Source: Flavobacteriales bacterium | Lineage (GTDB): Bacteria > Bacteroidota > Bacteroidia > Flavobacteriales > UBA7430 | Length of the DNA: 64,000 bases | NCBI GenBank assembly: GCA_965183875.1 | Contig: CBCYMK010000028.1 | Coordinates: 37,531-101,530 of the forward strand | Reading direction: 5' to 3' | Shown: one piece after another, positions 28,201 to 40,700 of the stretch | How positions within the stretch are numbered: position 1 is the stretch's first letter | How the letters are laid out: every line of letters begins with the position of its first letter | The notes under the pieces: model-generated | Seen by the model: only the letters and a program-made list of their open reading frames with translations | What the model was told of the DNA's origin: nothing | The model's database searches: none | Made by a program: the position numbers and the translations under genes

Positions 28201-31200
28201 GCGCCTACTATTGCTGTTACAGCTGCCGAAGTTTCTGACGGCGATACCTCTAGCGATGCTAGTTTATCCCTTACTTTTACCATTAGTGAGACCACTACAA
28301 ATTTTGTAGTCGGTGATATAACCGTTACAGGTGGTACCCTTTCGAGTTTTACGGGTAGCGGAACTATATATACCGCTACTTTTACTCCAAGTACAGCCGG
28401 AGCTACAACTATAGATGTTTCGAGTGCTACTTTTACCGATGCTATTGGGAATGCTAATACTGCAGCTAGCCAATTTAATTGGCTTTATGAAATCCCAGTT
28501 CCTTCTATCACAAGTTTTTCTCCAACTACAGGTGCTGTAGGCTCGAGTGTAACCATAAGTGGAACTAATTTCAATGCAACAGCGGCTAATAATATCGTTT
28601 ATTTTGGTGCTGTAAAAGCTACTGTAACTGCAGCCACATCGAGCTCCTTAACCCTTACGGTGCCCAATAGTAGTAGCCATTCTCCCATTACTGTAACTAC
28701 AGGTGGTTTAGTTGCAGCTGCCATGAGTCCATTTTTAGTAACGAATACACTTATAAGTACAGTATCGGTAAATAATAGTTCTTTTGCAGATATTAGTACT
28801 TATAGCTCTGTAGCAGGAAATTCAACCTGGCACCAGGTTGATAAATTAGTTGCCATTGCCGATTTTGATGGAGACGGAAAGCCCGATGTAGTGAAAACGG
28901 GAACTGGAAGTACAGTAATGGTACATTTAAACACCTGTACAGAAGGTGAAATTGATTCCGATACTTTTGATAGCGGTACTGCCTTTGCTACAAATGGATC
29001 TGGGCAGTCTATTGCTACAGCAGATTTTGATGGCGACGGGAAAATGGACCTCGTCTCTTTAGATATTAGCACAGCCTCCTTTTTAAGAAATACCTCTACT
29101 GTTGGTTCTATAAGCTTTGCAACAAAAGTAGATTTATCCATATCGAATAAGTATAGAGTTCGTTGTGCCGATATAGATGGCGATGGAAAAATAGATATTG
29201 TTGTAGCCCCTAATTATGCCTACACCTACTCCTGCGATGTTTATTTAAATACCAGTTCTGTAGGTAGTATTAGTTTTTCTTCTTCTGCTACTAATTTTGT
29301 GTTTCCTATTTCTCATGGGCGCCGCATTGAGCTCGGGGATATAAACATGGATGGAAAGTCAGACATTGTGGCTTTTAAGGGAAGTGGAGTAGATATACTA
29401 TTGAATACCACTACAACCACAGGCTCCCCTACATTTTCTTCTGTTATTTCACTAAGTGGGAATGGTATGCTTGGTGCTATAGCCGATTTTGATAGCGATG
29501 GAGACAATGATTTTATTTCTGACAATGGGTACCTACATCAAAATAATATTTCAGGTGCGGTTACTTCAGATGATTTTTCAAATACAACGATTACCAATAT
29601 AGCTTCTTATGCGAAAGTTACGGCAGGTGATTTTAATGCCGATGGAAAGGTAGATATTCTTACAGGTTATAATAATAGTGGTGCTAAGACACAATTCTTA
29701 CTAAATGAAATTGTAGGGACTACCATTACAGGGACTTCATTTACAAATTATGAAAAATCCAATCAAGGAAATGAGGGTGATGTACTAGTTTGTGATATTG
29801 ACGGTGATGGAAAACCAGAAATTATTTCTTCTATGTTAGGTAGTAGTTCTTTTGGAGTTTTTAGAAACCAAATGTATCAGCCACCAACCATTTCTAGCAC
29901 TACTTTGTCTGCAGACAATACAAGTATAGACGTAACATTTTCTGATGCAGTGTATACCACTACGGGCTCTTCGGGGCTCGCTTCTAGCTTCCGATTTTAC
30001 GCTGTCCATTGCTGGTGGTGTAGCTACAATTAATGCTACACCTAGTAGTATTAGTAGTTCCGGAAATGTGTATACTTTAGGTCTTAACCTTACAGGCACT
30101 CCCAATGGAGTAGAAGTTTTAACGGTTGCTCCCGCAAGTACTACTGCAATTTACAATGCAGTTGATGTAGCTGCCGAAACGAGTCAGTCTAATAATACCA
30201 TTACTTTCCCTTATTCTACCTGGGATGGTTCAACAGACAACGATTGGAGTACTGCTGCTAATTGGTCAAGTTCTTCTATTCCTACATCATCTATTATCCT
30301 CTCTATACCAACTGGCTTAAGTAATTACCCAACTATAGCTACAGGTACATCTGCAGTGTCAAAAACCATAGCAATGGCAAGTGGAACCTCTTTAATAGCT
30401 TCAGGGACTGCCACCTTATCGGGTGATATTACCTATACTCGTGGTGGTTTAGGAACCGATTGGCATTTAGTTTCTACACCTGTAGTAGGAGAAGATTTAG
30501 CCGATGTTATTTCTAATTGTACTTTAGCTACGGGTACTGGATCTAATGTAGGCTTGGCGATTTATAATAATAGTACACCCGCTTGGGAGTATTGTGTAAA
30601 TTCTTCTACAGGAGCTATGTCTTCTGGCTCTGCATACTCTGTAAAGCTAAGTTCTGGGGATCTTTTGTTTACTGGAACTATGCCAGAGGCAGATGTGTCG
30701 GCAGTAACTTCTGCGGGTTCCACAAGTTGGAATCTTATTGGTAATCCTTACCCTTCTTATATTGCTATTAATAGCAGTGCCAATTCCACCAATTTTATTG
30801 GAGAAAATACTTCGAATTTAGAAAGTAGCTATGTGTCTATTTATGTGTGGGATGCGAGCACTTCTCAGTATGCTGTAATCAACCAAGCCTCAGACGCTTG
30901 TTATTTATCTCCTGGGCAAGGCTTTTTTGTGAATGTTAACAGTGGGGTGAGCTCACTTGCGATTACAGAATCTATGCAGAGTCATCAATCTTCAGAAACA
31001 TTTTATAGATCGGGAAGTACTAGTCCAACAATAAAATTACTAGCTACTAAAGGTGATTTGACAAAAACTACCACTATAAAATATTTCGAGACTGCCAGTA
31101 CAGGCTTAGATATAGGTTACGATGCTGGCTTGTTTACAGGAGGTTTAGATCCTTTCAGATTGTCCACTTTTTTAGTGTCCGATAGCGAAGGAATAGAGTT

Positions 31201-31726
31201 TACGCTGCAAGCTTTAAATATAAACGAGTTTGAGACCAGCGTGATTCCTGTGTCCTTAACAGCAGAAACAGGGGCTGAAGTTATTTTTTCTGTAGAATCT
31301 ACTAGTTTACCAGAAAATATGAAGGTATTTTTAGAGGATAGGCATGAGGATGTTTTGTTCGATTAGATGACTTGGATTCATCTTACAGTGTAGATGTAGA
31401 AAATTCTGTATCCGGTATTAATCGCTTTTACCTCCATGCTTCAGAGAACGATATTTTAGCTATTCCTAAAGACAAGCTGAGAAATTTGTCAATTTATCCT
31501 GTAAATAATTCCTCTATTTATATACAAGGCTTAGAGTCTGAAAAAGCTACCTTCGAGCTGTTTGATGTTTTAGGGAAGCAAATTATCAAAGAAAATTTTA
31601 AAGTGGAGAACTCAAATTATTTTCCTCTTCCAATATCATTACAAGCCGGAATTTATTTTGTGAAAGTAAGTACAGGTACTACTATTGTAGTAAAAGAAAT
31701 AGTACTTTATTAAACTGTTTTATTCC

Positions 31727-31734
31727 TATATTTG
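31727..31734 (+). promoter_or_regulatory. Bacteroidetes-type -7 promoter box
   Basis: tatatttg, 23 nt upstream of ATG 31757. Confidence 0.4.
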
Positions 31735-31756
31735 AAGGAATATAAAATTGAAAATT

Positions 31757-32500
31757 ATGAGTAGTATGTTACGATCTGGGAATCCAGCATTAAAAAAAGA
31801 AACATTTCAAAATTTAACCCATACCTCTCAAGAACTAATGACTCTTGAAGGTACCGTTAATAAAACAGTTATTGGATTGTGTATTTTACTTGCATCAGGG
31901 TATTATACCTATGTAAATGCAATTATGGACTTTGTGTTAATTGGTTTTATAGGCGGTTTTATTCTGGCTTTAATAACGATTTTCAAAAAAGAATGGGCTC
32001 CTATAACAGTGCCCATTTATGCCATACTAGAAGGCTTAGCCTTAGGGGGTGTTTCTAAAATGTATGCGAATGCTTTTGAACCCGGTATAGTGCCCAAAGC
32101 AATATTTTTAACCTTAGGTATTCTGTTTGCCCTGCTATTTGCTTATAAAACGAAAATCATAAAGGCTACAGAGAACTTTAAACTAATGGTGTTTTCTGCC
32201 ACTGCAGGAATAGGTATCGTTTATTTAATAAGCTTTGTAATGAGTATGTTTGGATTCTCCGAAGGAATGGCAATAATGAGTCCTACTAATTCCTCTTTAA
32301 TGAGTATTGGCTTCTCTTTGTTTGTTGTCGCTATAGCAGCATTAAACTTAGTAATGGATTTCGATTTTATTGAAGAAGGAGTAGAGTCTGGTGCTCCTAA
32401 ATATATGGAGTGGTACGGTGCTTTTGGATTATTAGTTACCTTAATCTGGTTATACCTTGAAATTCTTAGACTCTTAGGGAAGCTGAGTTCAAGAGATTAG
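31757..32500 (+). CDS. Bax inhibitor-1/YccA-family membrane protein
   Basis: The ORF track starts at TTG 31748; ATG 31757 (MSSMLRSGNPAL) was preferred. About seven TM helices and the N-terminal RSGNPAL pattern typical of this family. A TATATTTG box lies at 31727-31734. Confidence 0.7.
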   Translation: MSSMLRSGNPALKKETFQNLTHTSQELMTLEGTVNKTVIGLCILLASGYYTYVNAIMDFVLIGFIGGFILALITIFKKEWAPITVPIYAILEGLALGGVSKMYANAFEPGIVPKAIFLTLGILFALLFAYKTKIIKATENFKLMVFSATAGIGIVYLISFVMSMFGFSEGMAIMSPTNSSLMSIGFSLFVVAIAALNLVMDFDFIEEGVESGAPKYMEWYGAFGLLVTLIWLYLEILRLLGKLSSRD

Positions 32501-32510
32501 TCTCTTGTAG

Positions 32511-32557
32511 TTTGTATAAAAAAAGGCGACCCAACGGGTCGCCTTTTTTTATACAAA
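32511..32557. terminator. Bidirectional terminator within an extended palindrome
   Basis: tttgtataaaaaaaggcgaccc-aac-gggtcgcctttttttatacaaa. GC stem flanked by an A7 run and a T7 run, between convergent genes. Confidence 0.85.
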
Positions 32558-32589
32558 CCATTTACCATTTACTTTTTCCGTCTCACGAT

Positions 32590-33861
32590 TTACAAATCAA
32601 ATCCTATATCCGAACGGTAATATTTACCATCGAATTTAACTTTCTCTGCACTAGCATAAGATTTTGCTAAGGCTTCGTTCATGGTGTTTCCAAAAGAAGT
32701 GAGTGCCATCACACGCCCCCCGTTAGTTTGTACCTCAGCGCCTTCTAGCTTTGTTCCTGCATGGAATACAATAGAGTCTTCTACCGAATCAATTCCTGTC
32801 ATCACCTTACCTTTTTGGTAGGCTTCAGGGTATCCACCAGAAACCATCATTACAGTGGTTGCATAACGAGGATCTAATTCTAAGGTTTTCTCATTCAAAG
32901 TACCATTTCCAATTGCTTGGAATAATTCCAATAAATCAGATTTTATACGAGGTAATACAGCTTCCGTTTCAGGATCACCCATACGTACATTGTATTCTAT
33001 AACAATAGGTTCATTGTTAACGTTTATCAAGCCAATAAAGATAAATCCTTTATAAGGGATGCCGTCTTTTTTCAAACCGTCTACCGTAGGTTTTACGATA
33101 CGCGATTCAATTTTCTGCATCAATACATCATCTGCAAAAGGAACGGGAGAAATAGCACCCATACCGCCCGTATTTAGTCCAGTATCTCCTTCGCCAATAC
33201 GTTTATAGTCTTTTGCGGTAGGCAATACTTTATAGTTCTCTCCATCTGTTAAAACAAAAACAGACAATTCGATACCATCTAAAAATTCTTCGATAACTAC
33301 TTTTGCACTTGCCGCACCAAATTTGGCTTCGGTAAGCATCTCTTTTAATTCGGCTTTCGCTTCTACCACAGAGTTTAAGATCAATACACCTTTACCCGCT
33401 GCAAGTCCATCTGCTTTTAAAACGTAAGGTGCTTTTAAGGTGTCCAAAAAGGCGTAACCTTCTTCTAAGTTTTCAGAAGTAAAAGTTTGGTAACCTGCAG
33501 TAGGTATATTGTGACGGAATAAAAATTCCTTGGCGAAATCTTTAGAACCTTCCAATTCTGCACCTGCTTTTTGAGGTCCAATAACAGGGATGTGTTTCAA
33601 GTCTGCATCTCCCAAAAAGAAATCGTGAATTCCTTTTACCAAAGGATCTTCAGGACCTACTACCACCATTTCGATGGCTTTGTCTAAACATAGCGCTTTA
33701 ATGGCTGTAAAGTCATCTACTTTGATGTTTACATTTTCGCCCAATGCATCGGTTCCTGCATTTCCTGGAGCGATAAATAATTTTGTTAAAAGTGGGCTTT
33801 GCGCCAATTTCCAAGCGAAAGTGTGTTCACGACCGCCAGATCCTAATATGAGTACATTCAT
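32590..33861 (-). CDS. purD: Phosphoribosylamine-glycine ligase
   Basis: The internal start MNVLILGSGGREH was preferred over the track's 33918, which would overlap the upstream gene. ATP-grasp body and the ending RSDIGFDL. Confidence 0.93.
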   Translation of the reverse strand: MNVLILGSGGREHTFAWKLAQSPLLTKLFIAPGNAGTDALGENVNIKVDDFTAIKALCLDKAIEMVVVGPEDPLVKGIHDFFLGDADLKHIPVIGPQKAGAELEGSKDFAKEFLFRHNIPTAGYQTFTSENLEEGYAFLDTLKAPYVLKADGLAAGKGVLILNSVVEAKAELKEMLTEAKFGAASAKVVIEEFLDGIELSVFVLTDGENYKVLPTAKDYKRIGEGDTGLNTGGMGAISPVPFADDVLMQKIESRIVKPTVDGLKKDGIPYKGFIFIGLINVNNEPIVIEYNVRMGDPETEAVLPRIKSDLLELFQAIGNGTLNEKTLELDPRYATTVMMVSGGYPEAYQKGKVMTGIDSVEDSIVFHAGTKLEGAEVQTNGGRVMALTSFGNTMNEALAKSYASAEKVKFDGKYYRSDIGFDL

Positions 33862-33862
33862 C

Positions 33863-35404
33863 TTAAAGTGGAATATTTCCGTGTTTCTTTTTTGGTAAGC
33901 TGTCAACTTTATTTTCAAGCATCTTAAATGCTTTAATTAGCTTTTCGCGTGTTTGTGCAGGTTGAATAACTTCATCTACATAGCCACGAGCTGCGGCATT
34001 ATAAGGGTTAGCGAACATGTCTGAATATTCTTGTTCCTTTTCTTTCCACTTAGCTTCCTTATCGTCCGCTTCTTTAATTTCATTTCTGAAGATAATTTCT
34101 GCAGCTCCTTTAGCTCCCATAACAGCAATTTCTGCCGATGGCCAAGCGTAATTCATATCAGCACCAATATGCTTAGAGTTCATTACATCGTATGCTCCAC
34201 CGTAAGCTTTACGAGTGATCACCGTAATACGAGGCACTGTCGCCTCAGCGAATGCATAAAGTAGTTTCGCTCCGTGGGTAATAATTCCGTTCCATTCTTG
34301 GTCTGTACCAGGCAAGAAACCAGGCACATCTTCTAATACCAATAATGGAATGTTGAAGCAATCGCAAAAGCGTACAAAACGAGCTGCCTTAGTCGAGGCT
34401 TCAATATTTAATACACCTGCTAAAAAGGCAGGCTGGTTAGCAACCACACCGATAGATTTCCCACCCAAACGAGCGAATCCACAAACGATGTTTTCAGCGT
34501 AATTTTTATGTACTTCAAAGAAAGAACCTCCATCAACAATCCCGTCTATCACTTCCTTTATATCGTAAGGTTGATTTGGGTTGTTTGGGATGATATTGTT
34601 TAAACTTTCTCTTTTTTCATCAGTTAAAGTATAAGGAATCGAGGGAGCCTCTTCCTCACAGTTTTGTGGCATATACGAAAGAAGTGTTTTCAATTCGTTT
34701 ATGAGTGCCACCTCATTTGCACAAGAAAAATGTGCTACTCCAGATTTAGAGGAATGCGTTGAAGCTCCACCCAATTCTTCAGAAGTCACTTCTTCGTGTG
34801 TTACCGTTTTTACAACATTCGGTCCTGTAACAAACATATACGAGGTGTCTTCCACCATCATAATAAAGTCTGTAAGTGCAGGAGAATAAACGGCACCACC
34901 AGCACAAGGACCCATAATAGCCGAAAGCTGTGGGATAACACCCGATGCTTGTGTGTTTTTGTAGAAGATGTCGGCATAACCCCCTAAGGATACAACCCCT
35001 TCTTGAATACGTGCTCCTCCAGAGTCGTTTAGTCCAAGGACAGGAGTACCATTTTTCATGGCTAAGTCCATTACTCTACAAATTTTCTGTGCATGAGCCT
35101 CGGCTAACGAACCACCCATAACGGTAAAGTCTTGAGCGAATACATACACCAAACGACCGTTTACATTACCATATCCGGTAATTACACCATCGCCTAAAAA
35201 TTTTTGTTTATCGAGTCCGAAGTTAGTTGAACGGTGGGTAACCAACATTCCTATTTCTTCGAAAGATCCTTCATCTAAAAGAAAATGTATGCGCTCACGA
35301 GCGGTTAATTTCCCCTTTTTATGTTGTGCTTCAATTCTTTTGTCCCCTCCACCTTTATGGGCTTCAGCGATTTTAGCGTTAAGAGCGTCTATTTTATTTT
35401 GCAT
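33863..35404 (-). CDS. Acyl-CoA carboxylase carboxyltransferase (beta) subunit, propionyl-CoA carboxylase/methylmalonyl-CoA carboxyltransferase type
   Basis: 513-aa [22 protein letters not shown], and both N- and C-terminal carboxyltransferase halves are recognisable. Confidence 0.9.
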   Translation of the reverse strand: MQNKIDALNAKIAEAHKGGGDKRIEAQHKKGKLTARERIHFLLDEGSFEEIGMLVTHRSTNFGLDKQKFLGDGVITGYGNVNGRLVYVFAQDFTVMGGSLAEAHAQKICRVMDLAMKNGTPVLGLNDSGGARIQEGVVSLGGYADIFYKNTQASGVIPQLSAIMGPCAGGAVYSPALTDFIMMVEDTSYMFVTGPNVVKTVTHEEVTSEELGGASTHSSKSGVAHFSCANEVALINELKTLLSYMPQNCEEEAPSIPYTLTDEKRESLNNIIPNNPNQPYDIKEVIDGIVDGGSFFEVHKNYAENIVCGFARLGGKSIGVVANQPAFLAGVLNIEASTKAARFVRFCDCFNIPLLVLEDVPGFLPGTDQEWNGIITHGAKLLYAFAEATVPRITVITRKAYGGAYDVMNSKHIGADMNYAWPSAEIAVMGAKGAAEIIFRNEIKEADDKEAKWKEKEQEYSDMFANPYNAAARGYVDEVIQPAQTREKLIKAFKMLENKVDSLPKKKHGNIPL

Positions 35405-35414
35405 AGTGCACTGT

Positions 35415-37208
35415 TTAATCTAGTTTAAGTACCGCCATAAATGCAGATTGTGGAATTTCCACATTTCCTACCTGACGCATACGCTTCTTCCCTTTCTTTT
35501 GCTTTTCTAATAGCTTACGCTTACGAGAAATATCTCCACCATAACATTTAGCAGTAACATCTTTACGAAGCGCTTTTACGGTTTCACGCGAAATAATTTT
35601 TGCTCCAATAGCAGCTTGTATTGCAATGTCAAATTGCTGACGAGGAATTAATTCACGTAATTTTACACATATCTTTTTACCAATATTGTGTGCATTGTCG
35701 CGGTGAATTAATGCTGAAAGCGCATCTACTTGATCTCCGTTTAAAAGAATATCCATTTTTACCAAGTTCGATTCTTGGTAACCTATAGGTTGGTAGTCGA
35801 AAGAAGCATATCCTTTAGAAACCGTTTTTAGTCTATCGTAGAAATCGAAAACAATTTCTGCTAAAGGCAACTCAAAACTCAATTCAACTCTGTCTGGTGA
35901 GAGGTAAACTTGGTTTTTTAATATCCCTCGCTTTTCAATACACAAAGTGATGATAGATCCTATATATTCCGACTTTGTAATAATCTGTGAAGATATATAC
36001 GGCTCTTCAACCTTATCTATAGTAGAAGGATCTGGTAAGTCGGATGGGTTGTTAACTAAAAGCTTAACACCTTTTCTGTTATAAGAAAAGTAAGAAACGT
36101 TAGGAACTGTAGTGATTACAGTCATGTCGAATTCTCTTTCCAATCGCTCTTGGATAATTTCCATGTGCAACATTCCTAAGAAACCACAACGGAAACCGAA
36201 ACCTAAAGCAGCCGAAGATTCTGGCTCAAAGGTTAAAGAAGCATCATTTAGTTGTAGCTTCTCCATAGAATTTCGAAGTTCTTCATAATCTTCCGTATCA
36301 ACTGGATAAATACCGGCAAATACCATCGGTTTTACATCTTCAAAACCATCAATTGGATTCTCGCAAGGAGTATCTGTATGTGTAATGGTATCCCCAACTT
36401 TAACTTCGTTGGCAACTTTAATTCCAGAAATAATATATCCTACATCACCAGCTTTTATTTCTTTGCGAGGTTCTTGGTCTAATTTAAGTGCACCAATTTC
36501 ATCAGCAAAATATTCTTTATCTGTGGCGAAGAATTTTACTTTATCGCCTTTTTTAATCGTCCCGTTTACGACTTTAAAGTAAGCTTCAATTCCGCGGAAC
36601 TGATTGAAAACAGAATCGAAAATTAAGGCTTGCAAAGGCGCGTCTTCATCTCCAACTGGAGCTGGGACACGAGCAACAATAGCTTCTAAAATTTCTTGTA
36701 TCCCAACGCCGGTTTTAGCCGAAGCAGGAATAATATCTCCATCTTCACAACCGATAAGGTCAATAATTTGGTCTTTTACTTCTTCAGGATTAGCACTCGG
36801 CAAATCAATCTTATTTAACACGGGAATGATTTCTAAATCATTTTCTAGTGCTAAATATAAATTTGAAATGGTTTGCGCTTGTATCCCTTGCGCGGCATCT
36901 ACAATAAGTAGTGCCCCTTCGCAGGCAGCAATAGAACGCGAAACCTCATAAGAGAAATCAACGTGTCCTGGAGTGTCAATTAGATTTAACCGGTAGGTAG
37001 TCCCATTGTGAGGGAACTCCATTTGGATGGCATGACTCTTGATGGTTATCCCGCGTTCACGCTCTAAGTCCATGCTGTCGAGCAGCTGGTTCTTAGACTC
37101 TCTTTCGGTTACCGTTTGAGTATGTTCTAAAAGGCGGTCGGCCAAAGTGCTCTTACCATGGTCGATATGTGCAATGATGCAAAAGTTGCGTATGTTTTGT
37201 TGTTTCAT
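35415..37208 (-). CDS. lepA: Translation elongation factor 4 (LepA)
   Basis: 597-aa ORF. GTPase motifs [17 protein letters not shown] and NKID, plus the LepA C-terminal domain. Confidence 0.97.
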   Translation of the reverse strand: MKQQNIRNFCIIAHIDHGKSTLADRLLEHTQTVTERESKNQLLDSMDLERERGITIKSHAIQMEFPHNGTTYRLNLIDTPGHVDFSYEVSRSIAACEGALLIVDAAQGIQAQTISNLYLALENDLEIIPVLNKIDLPSANPEEVKDQIIDLIGCEDGDIIPASAKTGVGIQEILEAIVARVPAPVGDEDAPLQALIFDSVFNQFRGIEAYFKVVNGTIKKGDKVKFFATDKEYFADEIGALKLDQEPRKEIKAGDVGYIISGIKVANEVKVGDTITHTDTPCENPIDGFEDVKPMVFAGIYPVDTEDYEELRNSMEKLQLNDASLTFEPESSAALGFGFRCGFLGMLHMEIIQERLEREFDMTVITTVPNVSYFSYNRKGVKLLVNNPSDLPDPSTIDKVEEPYISSQIITKSEYIGSIITLCIEKRGILKNQVYLSPDRVELSFELPLAEIVFDFYDRLKTVSKGYASFDYQPIGYQESNLVKMDILLNGDQVDALSALIHRDNAHNIGKKICVKLRELIPRQQFDIAIQAAIGAKIISRETVKALRKDVTAKCYGGDISRKRKLLEKQKKGKKRMRQVGNVEIPQSAFMAVLKLD

Positions 37209-37267
37209 TACTGCAAAACTAAACTATTTGAAGCAAATACTAAATTGCTTCGGCTGCTAAAAAAAGT

Positions 37268-37275
37268 TATATTTG
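37268..37275 (+). promoter_or_regulatory. Bacteroidetes-type -7 promoter box
   Basis: tatatttg in the lepA/37341 divergent intergenic region. Confidence 0.4.
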
Positions 37276-37340
37276 TCGTTCAGCCAACAGGAAATATAAT
37301 TTTTGTTTTTACTTAAAAGCTTGGCTTCAGTATTTTGAAT

Positions 37341-37766
37341 ATGAAAAAACTACTTTTTTTGTTTTGTGCTTTCTTCGCACTCAACCTATCTGCCCAACAA
37401 GAATCCAACTTCGATAGTCGATTATTGTTCCGTTATGACGCTGAGTTTTTAAATAACTTAGCGCTAACAAATCCTTCAAAATTGGATTATTTGAACTTCT
37501 ATATCGCCAATTCATACTCGTTTCAGCAACTCGATGAAATACCAGCTGAGAAATTAAACGATTTCCCAGACTTATTAACCCTGGTAAATGTGCCTGAAGG
37601 ATATGTATTACCAGAAGTTATTGGTCATGCTAATTTTAATATCCTACTTTTTGACGTGACTTTTAAAGAAAAGCAATCCAACGCATACCGTTTAGGTGAT
37701 ACAAACATTCTCGTTTATTTAAGAAGCAAGAATGAAATCTATACCATGTTTAACGAAATAAACTAA
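37341..37766 (+). CDS. Hypothetical secreted protein
   Basis: 141 aa from ATG 37341 with a signal peptide (FFALNLSAQ). A TATATTTG box lies at 37268-37275. No family recognised. Confidence 0.5.
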   Translation: MKKLLFLFCAFFALNLSAQQESNFDSRLLFRYDAEFLNNLALTNPSKLDYLNFYIANSYSFQQLDEIPAEKLNDFPDLLTLVNVPEGYVLPEVIGHANFNILLFDVTFKEKQSNAYRLGDTNILVYLRSKNEIYTMFNEIN

Positions 37767-37772
37767 CAGACC

Positions 37773-40700
37773 ATGAAAAAAGTATTAACTCTTTTATGTT
37801 GTGTAGTTTTTGGTGTTTATTCAATCCAAGCACAAGAAGTAACTAGTTGTTCGGCCGGTGAAGTTGGAGTAGTGGTTGCACTTTCTTTTACACAAGACTT
37901 TCCTGCAGGACAAGTAACCTGGGATATTCAAGATGCTGAAGGGAATGTTTTTGCCACCAATCCCTTCGTTTATGCAGCGAATTTCGTGTATACTTCAACA
38001 GAAGTTTGTTTACAAGAGGGACAAACCTATACCTTTAATACCTACGATTCTGGTAATGATGGTTGGGGTTCTGGTTCATGGTACACCTTAGGTATTTGTG
38101 GAGGTTATAATACCTTAATAGATAATAATGGTTTTCCTCCTAATGGATCTGGTACTACCGAATCTTTTACCCTTCCTATTGTAGAAGATAACTGTTTTTG
38201 TTTTAGAGCCAATTACGAAATTGTAAGTGCGTCGAGTTCGGTTGCTACAGACGGTGGTGCTATTGTTACTACCTATGGTGGGAACGCTCCATTTACCTAT
38301 TCTTGGTCTAACGGAACTACAAATCAAAATTTAACTGGCGTAGCTCCAGGTAATTATATTCTTACAATTACAGATTCTGAAGGGTGTGAAGTGGTTGAAA
38401 TTGTAGAAGTTCAAGGTGCTAGTGTGTTCATGGGGCCTTATGATATAGATATTTGTACTGGGTACTTTTACGATTCAGGCGGGTCTAACGATGACTTTGA
38501 GTCGGGAGAGGATTATGTGATGACCATCTGCAGTGATGATCCTGCATTGAGTACAGGATTAACATTTTTTGATTTTGATTTAGGTGGTTCAAACTGGAAC
38601 TCTTGTACCTTCACTATTTACGACGGTCCTAATCCACTTGCACCAGTATTGTATTCTTTTGACAGCCCTAACGATCCACCACCAGGAATAATTACAGCTT
38701 CTAGTGAGAATGTATCGGGTTGTTTAACCGTACATTTTACCTCTCCTTTCGGATTAGAACACGATGGTTGGTTTGCAGAGATTAACTGTCAATTCCCATG
38801 TCAAGACTATGAAGTAAATATTTTATCAAGCGATGAAATTGATGCTGAAAATGTGATTGATGTATGTTATGAGTTAGAGCTTGAGGTAGAAACCAATTAT
38901 TTTGAAAACAATACATTCTATGAGCAGTCCGATGTGACTACAAGTTTCGATTGGACTTTTATCGATGGAGATATTGTACAGTCTGGTCAACAAGTATCTC
39001 AGGTTTATGATGCCGATACAGAATCGGAACTTACTCTTGTGGTTACCGATATTAACGGATGTTTCCAGAATTTTAACTTTACTGTAATTAACGATCATCC
39101 AGAGGTATTAACCTCTATTATACCCCCTACTGAAACTGAAGTATGCCCGGGCACAGAAATCGAAGCTTATAGTGGTCTTTATGCTGGAACAGATAGTTTT
39201 ATATCTACCTTTTTTGTCCCTATTGTATGGCCTGTTCTAGAAGAGCAAGTTGAAGTAGGTGTCGATTTTGCCGAACCTATTTATTTACCAGATGGACTAG
39301 AATCCTATACTTCGATATTAGAAATTACCGCTTATGAAGACGGTTCTGTCCTCGATGGGAACGATTTTACTGAGGTTTGTATTGAGATTGAACACTCTTA
39401 TATAGGTGATTTAGATGTCTCTCTTACTTCTCCAAACGGGACCTTAGTGCAGCTGTTCGATCAGTCTGGTGGCGGTACCTGGTTAGGAGATGCAATCGAT
39501 AATAATAGTGAGGAAATTGCGGGTGAATGTTGGGAGTACTGTTGGTCGGTTACACCCGATTTTGGGACTTTCTCCAATGAAAATGGGAATACCATGACGG
39601 CTCCAATAAATGGTGGTAACTCCATGATTCCTGGGGCATATACTCCCTCAGGAAATTTTTCTGACTTTGCTGGTTCTGATGCAAACGGAAACTGGGTACT
39701 TACTGTAACAGATAATTTATTGATTGATAATGGTTTTATTTGTGGATGGAATATTGCTATGTCTATCCAAGATGAAGAAAATGGTGGAGATCCAATTGTT
39801 GTAGATTCTCTAGTTCCTACAATTTTGAGCTATAACTGGTTTTGCGATGAGGAGCCTTCTTCTGTAGTTATGTACGATTCTACTATGGTTCTTGTGCAAC
39901 CTACTACATCTGGTGAACACAATTACGTAATGACTATTTTAGATAGTTATGGTTGTGAGTATACCGAAGAATTTATGGTTGATGTATATGGTACACCTAT
40001 TTTATCTGACGATGCAGTTATTGCTTGTGAAGATAATTTCTTATTGGAGGCAACCGATGTTCCTCCAGGTGGTGGTATATGGTCTGTGGTAGATTCTCCT
40101 GCGGGTTCTACCGTGACTTTTGATCCTGACAATAGTTCCTTAACACCTACTATAGTGGTAAGTGAAACGGGTGATTATGAGTTTGAATTTACTGAGTTTA
40201 CCTGTGGAGCTTCTAACGATGTAGCCCTAGATTTTGCGGTTGTTTATCCTATAATAGAAACGCCAGAGGATCTAATTTGCTCCCTAGAAAATACGCTCGT
40301 GGTAGATAATCCATCTAATAATACAGGTCTTTGGACTATTGCTACTGGAGATTCTATTCAGATATTAACCGATTCTACCCTAAGTACAATTAATGTGTTG
40401 GCACCAGATTTTGGTTCCTATACCATGACTTATACCATAGATTTCTGTGAAGGTTCAGATTCTGTTGAGGTTAATTTTATTACCGTAGATCCAGTTATTT
40501 CTCCTCCAGGAGTACAGATTTGTGCCTTTGAAGTAGATTTTGAATTAGACAACCCTTCACCTACCGGTGGAATGTGGGGGGTTGTAAGTCAACCAAATCA
40601 TACCTCTGTTGAGTATAGTAACCTAGCAGCTGATGGTGTTTCTATTGAAGTAAGTCAGTTTGGAGCTTATGAAGTTGCTTTCGTAATTGCAGGATGTAAT

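Larger units (their letters stand above)
25594..31713 (+). pseudogene. Giant T9SS adhesin-like protein (LamG x2, Ig-like repeats, IPT/TIG-like, FG-GAP/VCBS propeller, sorting domain) interrupted by two frameshifts
   Basis: Three consecutive same-strand ORFs: 25594-30033 in frame 1, 29945-31366 in frame 2, 31372-31713 in frame 1. They read as one ~2040-codon protein if one G is removed from GGGG at 29973-29976 (giving TTGSSGSLLASDFTLSIAGG) and one T is added to TTTT at 31353-31356 (giving EDRHEDVFVRLDDLDSSYSV). Seven D.DGDGK.D repeats are present. The C-terminus has a T9SS sorting pattern (LSIYPVNN...AGIYFVKV). Confidence 0.8.

Noticed and set aside
29945-30033. Programmed ribosomal frameshifting in the giant adhesin gene
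   Set aside because: There is no slippery heptamer or downstream structure at either site. Both shifts sit in plain homopolymers and go in opposite directions, which fits indels better.
26277-30105. Several 60-113-aa minus-strand ORFs within the giant adhesin gene
   Set aside because: They are antisense shadows. Two of them (26277-26471 and 27813-28037) are near-duplicates only because they lie on the intragenic repeats.
33862-33918. N-terminal extensions in the ORF track for purD (to 33918), ribE (to 42576), asnS (from 57690), the ArsR-family gene (from 60679), yceD (from 46461) and the SGNH hydrolase (to 11634)
   Set aside because: Internal ATGs give canonical N-termini or signal peptides. 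The extensions overlap upstream genes or contain the TAnnTTTG promoter box.
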